A program made the position numbers and the translations under genes. Below, piece by piece: positions 32,316 through 40,366 of a DNA stretch of 64,000 bases. A model generated the notes under the pieces. That model was not told the DNA's origin. It searched no databases and was given only the letters and a program-made list of their open reading frames with translations. Origin of the DNA: an uncultured delta proteobacterium (lineage in GTDB: Bacteria; Desulfobacterota; Binatia; UBA9968); contig CAWJZV010000034.1 of NCBI GenBank assembly GCA_963847445.1, forward strand, positions 353,393 to 417,392, in the 5' to 3' direction. How positions within the stretch are numbered: position 1 is the first letter of the stretch; each line of letters begins with the position of its first letter.

Positions 32316-33663
32316 ATGTCTTTAAAGAGCGTTTCACGCATGGCCGTACTGGTATTCGCAACGACGGTCACCGGTCCGGCAGGGTCACAGCAACAGCCTG
32401 TGGCTCCAACCCCAGCGCCGAGTCCCAATCAGCCACGTCCAAACGCCGCAGCGCCGCAGATTCCTGGAGATCCAAATGTTCCGCCGGCGGCGCGGCCACC
32501 GGTTTTGCCTCAGCGCATACCCACGCCAGTCCAAGCGCCCGGCCAGTTGAGTCCTCCAGGGGGCGTGCCAACCTCTCAGCCGACCCAGGTGAAACCATCT
32601 CCGCAAGTAATACCGGGGCAACCCATACCGGCCGATCCGAACGCGGCCGCACAGCCGCCTGTGCCGGCGGTTCCCGCACCTTCAGCGCGGCGCGGTAGCC
32701 CGGGACCGTCTTTTCCCGCCGGCGGCATGGTTTCTCTTAATTTCAACCGCGCCGATCTAGTCGAGATTATCCACATCATCGCCCAGCAACTGCGGCTGAC
32801 CTACACGATCGATCCTGAGGTCAAAGGGACGGTGACGATCAATAGCGCGGAGCCGCTGCGTTCCGAGGATCTGATGCCGATTTTCCACCAACTACTGCGC
32901 ATGAATGGCGCGGTGGCAGTGCGAACCGGCAATCTTTATCACATCACGCCGATCAAGGACGGCAAAGGGATGGCACGCCCGGTGGCGCAAGGGCGCGAGG
33001 ATAGTTTCGCCTTGCAACTGATCCCCGTACGGTTTTTTACCGTCGCCGAAATGAAACGGGTGCTGACGCCATTTTTGCAACCGGGCGCGGAGATAATCGA
33101 TAACCCGCGCGGCAATTTTTTGATCGTCATGGACACGCCGCTGAATATTCAGCGGTTAACCGAGATCGTCGATCTCATCGACGTCCAGGTTTTCGCCGGC
33201 ACGCGCATGGAAATTTATCAGCCGAAAATCGCCAGCGCCGAAGAACTATCCCAAGAGATGACCAAAGTCATGCAGTCGTTCTCGGCCTCCTCGCCCCAGA
33301 TTGAAAACTTTGCCGCGCAGTTCATCCCGCTGCCAAGAATCAACCAATTGCTGGTCATCGCCCATAGCGAAGCGGCCTGGACCTACGCCAAACGGTGGCT
33401 CGACCGCATCGACGTGGTTGCGGAAGGGCCGGGTCGCAGGATATTTATCTACCCCGTGGAAAACGGTAAGGCGACCGAGCTAGCCGACGTGCTCAATCAG
33501 GCGCTCGGTCAGCCTGTTACAGGTTCACGGAGTAGCCCGCAGACTTTGCAGAGCATCCATCGCTCGTCTTCAAGCAGCTCCAGCCAATCCGGAGGATTCG
33601 GACAGTCAAGTGGCTCATGGACAGTTTGGTTCGGGTGGTTCACAGCAGGGGCAAATGCGATGA
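32316..33663 (+). CDS. gspD: Secretin GspD N-terminal part (signal peptide, Pro-rich linker, N0-N1-N2, start of N3)
   Basis: SD AAGGAG plus ATG; N0 motifs SLNFNRADL and IDPEVKGTVTI; N1/N2 repeats; IFIYPVENGKATELADVL. The probable stop TGA at 33661-33663 requires one indel at ~33618. Confidence 0.75.
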
Positions 33664-35465
33664 AAAAAATTACGGCCGTATTGCTAGTTTTAGTCCTCGT
33701 AAGCTTTTCTGGTGCGCAGGCACAAAATCGCCCTGGGGCGTTCGCAGCGCCAGCTGCGCCCGGTCAAGTCCCAACCCCGGCGGCGGCAGCCCCCCAGGTC
33801 ACCACGCCATCACCGGGACTAGGTGTGCCGCCGAGGCCGGCCGGTCAAGCTCAACCTGGCCAGCAGCAGCAACAACAACAGGAGCAATTGCGTATCGTCG
33901 CTGATCCGGCGACCAACTCACTGATTATTTACGGCACCGTCCAGGAGTATCAGAACGTCAAAAACATTCTGAAAGAATTGGATGCGATTCCACGGCAGGT
34001 GTTGATCGAAGCCATGATATTGCAGGTTGATCTACAGGGATACCGAAGATTTCGGCGTTGATTATGAGCTCTTTCAAGTCGCGGCAGTACATCGTTTTCG
34101 GCCATACCTTTGGTTCGAACGCGGTGATCGGTCTTTAGGGGCGCCTTCCTACCGCGCCATTCTTGAGGGGTGGCGGTTTACGCGCAATCGTAGGCGGGGA
34201 GAACACGGTTCATGCCTTGATCACGCGCTGTTGCTCAAAGATTCACGGATAAAACTGCTTTCATCGCCGAGCGTGATTGCCAGCGGACAATCGCCCGGCG
34301 CGCATTCAGGTCGGTAGCGAGGAACCCATCCCGACAGGAACCGTCAGGCGGCAACTGGTTCGCTCAGCAATCTCCTCACAGTCCACGACCATTCAGTACC
34401 GTAATACGGGCCGAATCTTGACCATCATACCTCAGGTCAATTCACAGGGCTTAGTCAATTTGCAGATAAAGGCCGAGGTAAGTCAAGAGGTGAGAGCGTT
34501 CGTTCGGTGACGTGCAACAGGCGGACACGGCAACTACTTTCCCAACTTTGAACACTCAAGACGCGGAAACCACGGCGGTCGTTCAGGATGGCGAGACGTT
34601 AGTTATCGGCGGCCTAATCGGAGAGCGAAAAAGCAAGGCTCGAGTCGGCGATTCCGTATCTGATGGATATCCCGGTGATCGGCCGATTTTTTGGAACGAC
34701 CAGCGATGATACCGACTCGCACCGAACTAATCATGCTGATCACGCCGCGAGGTCATTCGCAATCGTAGTGACTCTCGCGTTGTTACGGCAGAATTCAAAG
34801 CGGGTTTAGAGAAAGTCAGGGCCGAGCTCGAACGCTTTGAGAAGGATCGCGCCAGATTATTGCCGCCGCGGCCACTGCCGCCGTTGCCGGACCCGAACCA
34901 GTATTATCAGTATGATCAGCAGCAGCCGGCGCCGGCCACTCCACCGGCTGGACCGCGAGCTGCGTTGCCGGCGTTTATTGGGAATGTCACTTTACTGTCC
35001 AACGATCCACTCACTGGCCGGATGATGCCGCCGATGGCTGTGCCGCAAGCGTCGGAGCCGGTATGGCTGGCGCAGAATTACCAGATAGCCGCACCGGCGA
35101 ACACCCAACCAAAGCAAAGCGCCGCGCTGCTGCCACCAGCGCAAGTACTGTCATTTATTCAAGCTGCGCCGGTAGCCGCTCCGGCGGTTCCAGTTAAACT
35201 GGTGCAGCAGCAAACGCCCACGGCCGGCAGACGGACATGGACCGTGCAAGTCGCGGCAATAGCCGAGAGTGGTCCGGCCGAATCGTTAGCGCAGAAACTC
35301 CGCCGGTTGGGTTACAATGCTTATGTCAGAGTCACCTACGGGAACAGCAAGATTTGGCATCGGGTGCGCGTTGGTCAAGTGGAAAACCAAAAAGACGCCG
35401 CTGAATTGCGTAGAACCCTGGCCAGGCAAAAAGAATACAAAGACGCCTATATCGCTGTTTACTAG
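33660..35465 (+). CDS. gspD: Secretin GspD C-terminal part (own signal peptide, rest of N3, secretin core, SPOR domain); several frameshifts at 34030-34750
   Basis: MKKITAVLLVLVLVSFSGAQA, IVADPATNSLII, RQVLIEAMI, ARIQVGSEEPI, QYRNTG, VQDGETLVIGGLI, DIPVIGRFF and RTELIMLITP, then VIR continuing in frame into a SPOR domain. Confidence 0.75.
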
Positions 35466-35485
35466 ATTTCCGGTTTTCTGTGATC

Positions 35486-35524
35486 AGCCGCCCATGAGAC
35501 GAGCTCATCGGGCGGCTTTTTTTT
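35486..35524 (+). terminator. Rho-independent terminator after gspD
   Basis: AGCCGCCC-ATGAG-acgag-CTCAT-c-GGGCGGCT followed by a T-run. Confidence 0.9.
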
Positions 35525-35862
35525 GTCCGAGTGTTGGGGCGGTTGTCGATGAACTCATGTAATCCGGAAGGAACGGTCATTTTCCGTGATTTTGTTCGCG
35601 CAATGGGCTTGGTTATGATTTAGCTAAATTCTAAAACATGGATCTGTCGGCTTTGAATATTCCGGTGGTGTAGAAACCCAGGCCGCCATGAAGGTAGGCA
35701 ACATTGATCCAAGGGGTGAAAGAGGGTATGTTGACACGATTTCCGACAAAGTTAGGGCGATTGGCGGAGGGGTTCTAGAGGCGATCTTACACTCGTACCC
35801 CAACCTAAATAATTCCCGCCTGACGGGTGCTGCAAAAACTAACTGCAAAGGATGAATCAAGC

Positions 35863-36783
35863 GTGGATCCGAAACAGCTGACCATCGAGCAAGTTCAAGA
35901 AATTCTTCTCAAAGAAAAGTACGTCTGCGACCGTTCCCTTGCGACTGTGGTTTATTTATCGCTGGTAATGGGTAAACCCCTGCTTCTCGAAGGCGAGGCG
36001 GGTGTCGGTAAGACTGAAATCGCCAAAGTGCTGTCCAAGGTCTTGGGCGCGCGGCTAATCCGCTTGCAGTGCTACGAAGGGCTCGACGCCAGCACCGCGC
36101 TCTACGAGTGGAACTATCCCAAGCAGATGCTCCACATCAAGCTCGAAGAGATCGAGCGCGGCGATAAGAAGCAGGTCGAGACCGAGATTTTCACCCAGGA
36201 CTATCTGGTCAAGCGGCCGCTGCTCGATGCGATTCAAAGCGAGGATGCTACGCCGCCGGTGCTGTTGATCGACGAGATCGACCGCGCCGATATGGAGTTC
36301 GAGGCGTTTCTGCTCGAAGTGTTGTCCGATTTTCAGATCACCATTCCCGAGTTGGGTACGGTGACGGCGAAGCATCGGCCCTATGTGTTTCTGACTTCCA
36401 ACCGCACGCGGGAAATCCACGACGCCTTGAAACGGCGCTGCTTGTACCACTGGATCGAGTACCCGACCTTCGACAAGGAATACGAGATCATCACCACCAA
36501 GTTTCCCGAAGTCGAAACCAAGATGGCGCAGCAAATCTGCGCCTTCATGCAAAAGGTGCGCGAGATGAATTTCTACAAGCGCCCCGGCGTCGCCGAAACC
36601 TTGGATTGGGCGTCGGCGCTGATCGCGCTCAACCGTAAACAGTTGGATGACAAGTCGGTGATCGAGACCATGGGTTGCGTGTTCAAGTACCGCGAAGATT
36701 TGAGCCACCTGCGCGAGCAGGTGGAAAACCGCCAGTTCAGTCTCGACGCGCTGCTGCGCACGTCGCCGGAGCTAGTGAGTTAA
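35863..36783 (+). CDS. coxD: MoxR-family AAA+ ATPase, CoxD-like
   Basis: LLEGEAGVGKTE, IRLQCYEGLD, LLIDEIDRAD, TSNRTREIHDALKRRC and PGVAETLDW. Confidence 0.9.
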   Translation: MDPKQLTIEQVQEILLKEKYVCDRSLATVVYLSLVMGKPLLLEGEAGVGKTEIAKVLSKVLGARLIRLQCYEGLDASTALYEWNYPKQMLHIKLEEIERGDKKQVETEIFTQDYLVKRPLLDAIQSEDATPPVLLIDEIDRADMEFEAFLLEVLSDFQITIPELGTVTAKHRPYVFLTSNRTREIHDALKRRCLYHWIEYPTFDKEYEIITTKFPEVETKMAQQICAFMQKVREMNFYKRPGVAETLDWASALIALNRKQLDDKSVIETMGCVFKYREDLSHLREQVENRQFSLDALLRTSPELVS

Positions 36784-36789
36784 AACTCG

Positions 36790-38004
36790 ATGGATATCAC
36801 TCCCGAAACAGTCGCGGAGGCGGTCAACAAAGTCGCCTCGGTGCGCGGCAAGGGCACCTTGCCGAACATGATGGCGTTTGGCCGCGCCTTGAAACATCTC
36901 GGTGTCAAGGTCAGCTTGAGCCAGCTGCTCGATGCCTCGCGTTCGGCGCAATGGGTCGACATCGCCGCGCGCGGCGATTTTCGTGCGCTGTTGCGCGCTA
37001 ACTTGATCTCGCAAAAAGAAGACTTTCCGGTCTTCGACATGCTCTTCGATTGTTTCTGGCGCGAGCAGAGTTACGAGCGCGTGCCGATGGAGACCATGGA
37101 CATTCAAGGCACGCCCACCGACTCCAACGCCCCGGAGGGCGGCGATGAGGAGGGCGGCGTCGAAGAGGCCGCCTCCGAGGCGATTGCCAATGAGAATCTG
37201 CCGCTGGAAAACCTTGACGAGTTCGCGGTGCCGACCTATAGCGCCCAGGAGCTGATGAACCGCAAGGATTTCAGCGAAATGGGCACCGAGGAAAGCCGCG
37301 CCATCGCCAGAGCGATACTGCTGATCGCCACCAAGATCGCCACCCAGATCAGCCGGCGCAAGAAAATCGGCCGCAAAGGTCCGGTGATCGATCCGCGCGC
37401 GACCCTGCGCCGCAGCATGAAATACGGCGGCGAAGTGATCGAGATGGCGCACCGCAAGCGGCGCATCAAGAAAACCAAAGTCGTGCTGCTATGCGATGTC
37501 AGCGGCTCGATGGATTGTTACAGCCGGTTTCTGATTCAGTTCATGTACGGCCTGCAAAACGAACTGTGGGGCGTCGAGACTTTCGTTTTTAGCACATCGC
37601 TCAGCCGAATTACCCACCTGATCCGCACCAAGAATATCGTCGATGCTTTGGACAAGATTTCCGGCACTATTCTTGGCTGGTCCGGCGGCACCAACATCGG
37701 CCGCTCGCTGCATACCTTCAACCGCAATTTCGCGCCAAGCATGGTGACCCACCGCACGGTGGTGGTGATCATCAGCGACGGCTGGGACCGCGGCGACGTC
37801 AGCTTGTTGGAAAAAGAAATGCGGGACATCAAACGGCGCGCCAAGAAAATCATCTGGCTCAATCCTTTGCTAGCGAGCGAGAACTACGAACCGCTCTGTA
37901 AAGGCATGCAAGCGGCGCTGCCGTATTTGGATCTGTTTTTGTCGGTGCACAATGTCAATAGTTTGGTTGCGTTAGGGCGGACACTCGAGAAAATGGTGGC
38001 GTGA
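36790..38004 (+). CDS. coxE: VWA domain protein, CoxE-like
   Basis: MIDAS motif LCDVSGSM, WSGGTNIG, IISDGWDRGD and IWLNPL. Confidence 0.9.
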   Translation: MDITPETVAEAVNKVASVRGKGTLPNMMAFGRALKHLGVKVSLSQLLDASRSAQWVDIAARGDFRALLRANLISQKEDFPVFDMLFDCFWREQSYERVPMETMDIQGTPTDSNAPEGGDEEGGVEEAASEAIANENLPLENLDEFAVPTYSAQELMNRKDFSEMGTEESRAIARAILLIATKIATQISRRKKIGRKGPVIDPRATLRRSMKYGGEVIEMAHRKRRIKKTKVVLLCDVSGSMDCYSRFLIQFMYGLQNELWGVETFVFSTSLSRITHLIRTKNIVDALDKISGTILGWSGGTNIGRSLHTFNRNFAPSMVTHRTVVVIISDGWDRGDVSLLEKEMRDIKRRAKKIIWLNPLLASENYEPLCKGMQAALPYLDLFLSVHNVNSLVALGRTLEKMVA

Positions 38005-38016
38005 TTTATCAGAACC

Positions 38017-38074
38017 GAAGATAGAGGATCGAGGATAGAGGATCGCCATCTTCGATCCTCTATCTTCCATCGTC
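38017..38074. repeat. Palindromic heptamer-repeat element (GAGGATA/C)n-(inverse)n
   Basis: GAAGATA GAGGATC GAGGATA GAGGATC GC CATCTTC GATCCTC TATCTTC CATCGTC. Confidence 0.85.
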
Positions 38075-38097
38075 GACCCAACTGAGGAGGTACTCAC

Positions 38098-38493
38098 ATG
38101 GCTGGACCCGGCGCTTGTTACACGGACGCGGATTTAGAAGCGAAAAAGAAAGATACGATCTATCATCAGGTCAACGAGTTTCTCGCCAAGGGCGAGACCG
38201 TCGCGGTGGCGACCATCGTCTCGGCCAAGGGCTCGACGCCGCGCGAAGTCGGCGCCAAAATGGTAGTGACCGCTTGGGGTGAAATCTTGGGCACCATCGG
38301 CGGCGGCTGCGGCGAGGCCGATGTCAAACGCGAAGCTATCGAAGTGATCCGCTCGCGCAAGCCGCGCACCGTGCGCGTCGACTTGCTCGACGATATTTCC
38401 TCGGATAGCCCGGCGGTATGCGGCGGTATCATGAATGTCTTCATCGATCCCTGGTGGCAGGAACGCGATCAGGAGGCAGCAAGCGGCAAATGA
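38098..38493 (+). CDS. XdhC/CoxI-family accessory protein, N-terminal half
   Basis: ATIVSAKGSTPREVGAKM, GTIGGGCGE and CGGIMNVFIDP. Confidence 0.88.
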   Translation: MAGPGACYTDADLEAKKKDTIYHQVNEFLAKGETVAVATIVSAKGSTPREVGAKMVVTAWGEILGTIGGGCGEADVKREAIEVIRSRKPRTVRVDLLDDISSDSPAVCGGIMNVFIDPWWQERDQEAASGK

Positions 38494-39263
38494 GTTCACT
38501 GTCCGAAGAGTTAGTCAAGATCGCCGAGCAGGGTGAAGCGGCGGTGCTGGTGACCATTGTCGAAGTGCAAGGCGACGGGCAAATCCAACCCGGCGCCAAG
38601 TGTCTGATCCGCGACGGCAAGGCGCAGGTGGAAACGATCGGTGACGCCAACGTGGTGGCCGCCCTGGTGCGCGAGAGCGACGGCCATGCGCGGGCGGAAA
38701 AATCGCAGTTGGTTTCGCTGGCGATCGCCGACAGCACGATCAAGCTCGAAGCGTTCTTCGAAGTCATGCCGGCGCCGCCCAGGCTGATCGTCGTCGGTGC
38801 CGGCCATATCGCCGTGCCGCTGGTGAAGATGGCCAAGGTGCTCGATTTTCACGTCACCGTGATCGATGACCGTTTGCTCTACGCCAACCGCGAACGCTTC
38901 CCCGACGCCGATGAAGTCTTGACCGGCGACATGGCGCAGATGCTCAAGGAAATGACCCTCACGCCGTCCTGCTATATCGTCTTGATTACCCGCGGTCATG
39001 CTTACGACGAGCCCTGCCTGCGCAACATCATTCACAGCAAAGCCAAGTACATCGGCATGATCGGCAGCCGGCGGCGCATCAAGGCGTGCTTTCAGCGTTT
39101 TCGCGATGAAGAAAAAGTCACCGAGGAGGCGATCGAACGCATTTACGCGCCCATCGGCCTCGACATCGCCACCGAAACGCCGGCCGAAATCGCTGTGTCG
39201 ATTCTCGGCGAGGTGATCAAGATTCGGCGCGGCGGCAAAGCCGCGTCGTTATCGGGTCATTAA
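38490..39263 (+). CDS. XdhC/CoxF-family accessory protein, C-terminal (Rossmann) half
   Basis: LIVVGAGHIA, DDR, TRGHAYD, YIGMIGSRRR and APIGLDIATETPAEIA; ATGA overlap with the upstream half. Confidence 0.9.
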   Translation: MSSLSEELVKIAEQGEAAVLVTIVEVQGDGQIQPGAKCLIRDGKAQVETIGDANVVAALVRESDGHARAEKSQLVSLAIADSTIKLEAFFEVMPAPPRLIVVGAGHIAVPLVKMAKVLDFHVTVIDDRLLYANRERFPDADEVLTGDMAQMLKEMTLTPSCYIVLITRGHAYDEPCLRNIIHSKAKYIGMIGSRRRIKACFQRFRDEEKVTEEAIERIYAPIGLDIATETPAEIAVSILGEVIKIRRGGKAASLSGH

Positions 39264-39275
39264 ACTATTTCGCGC

Positions 39276-39692
39276 GTGACGACGATGGAACGATTGAGCG
39301 GAATTATTTTTTCCGACTTGGGGCAAGCGTCATCGTTTATGGCGCTCGATTGGGTGCAGGATTTGTTAAATGAGCGCCTTGGCTATCATCCGTTTCCAGC
39401 GACCCTCAATGTCCGGCCCAAGGGCGCCGAAGACGCTCGGGTGTGGCGGCAGGTGCAGCGCGATCATGCTGGCGCGCCATTGACGCCGGCCGCCGACGGT
39501 CATTGTGGCGCGAAGTTATATCGCGTCGAAATTTACCAAGAGGCGAATAGCATTAAGGTCGGTGGCGCAATTTTGCTTCCCGAAGTGGATGATTATCCGC
39601 AAGATAAAATTGAAATTGTCGCGCCGGTGCGCGTGAAAGATTATTTCCGGGTTGACGACGGCGATCAACTTACAGTGGAGTTCCTCAGTTGA
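39276..39692 (+). CDS. CTP-dependent riboflavin kinase family (archaeal type, DUF120)
   Basis: GIIFSDLGQASSFM...LGYHPFPATLNV...IEIVAPVRVKDYFRVDDGD follows the family pattern SGLGEG...PYPGTLN...EIIAP..LR...DGD. Confidence 0.78.
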   Translation: MTTMERLSGIIFSDLGQASSFMALDWVQDLLNERLGYHPFPATLNVRPKGAEDARVWRQVQRDHAGAPLTPAADGHCGAKLYRVEIYQEANSIKVGGAILLPEVDDYPQDKIEIVAPVRVKDYFRVDDGDQLTVEFLS

Positions 39693-40348
39693 ATACCAAG
39701 AAGCGGCTCATTATCGGAGTCTCCGGCGCCACCGGGGCGATTTACGGCGTGCGCATGTTGGAGATTCTCTCCAAGATCGGCGACCTTGAGACTCATTTGG
39801 TCTTGAGCAAGGCCGGCAAGATGACCATCCAAGTAGAAACGCCCTACTCGGTCAAAGAGGTCGAAGCTATGGCCGACGTGGTGCATGACGTTAACAACGT
39901 CGGCGCGAGCATTTCCAGCGGTTCGTTTCGCACCGCGGGCATGGTGATCGCGCCATGCTCGATGAAATCCATGGGCGCTATCGCCCACTCTCTGGGCGGC
40001 GATTTGTTGGTGCGCGCCGCCGACGTGGTCTTGAAAGAACGCAAGAAACTCGTGCTGGTGGTGCGCGAAACGCCGCTGCATCTGGGCCATCTCGAGGCGA
40101 TGGCGACGCTCACGCGCATGGGCGCGATCATTTTCCCGCCGGTGCCGGCGTTTTATCATCGGCCGAAGACTTTGGACGATGTGATCAACCAGACGGTGAC
40201 GCGGATCCTCGATCAGTTCGACATCGATGTCGAATTGTTTCACCGCTGGGACGACGACGGCATGAGCCGCCACCCCGACGCGGCCAAGCCTAAGCCGACG
40301 CCGATCAGTGCAGCCAAAGAGCGCAAGGAAGCGAAGAAGCAGCGCTAG
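39689..40348 (+). CDS. ubiX: Flavin prenyltransferase UbiX
   Basis: GVSGATGAIYG, SISSGS, APCSMKS, RAADVVLKERKKLVLVVRETP and PPVPAFY. Confidence 0.96.
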   Translation: MNTKKRLIIGVSGATGAIYGVRMLEILSKIGDLETHLVLSKAGKMTIQVETPYSVKEVEAMADVVHDVNNVGASISSGSFRTAGMVIAPCSMKSMGAIAHSLGGDLLVRAADVVLKERKKLVLVVRETPLHLGHLEAMATLTRMGAIIFPPVPAFYHRPKTLDDVINQTVTRILDQFDIDVELFHRWDDDGMSRHPDAAKPKPTPISAAKERKEAKKQR

Positions 40349-40366
40349 GCTTACGGCTCTCGGACC

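Noticed and set aside
35640-35860. FMN, SAM-I, Moco or cobalamin riboswitch assignment
   Set aside because: Only isolated short resemblances (GGGGTGAAA, ATGAAG..GGCAAC); the full consensus cores are absent.
38017-38074. Repeats as a CRISPR array
   Set aside because: 7-nt units with no spacers and no cas genes.
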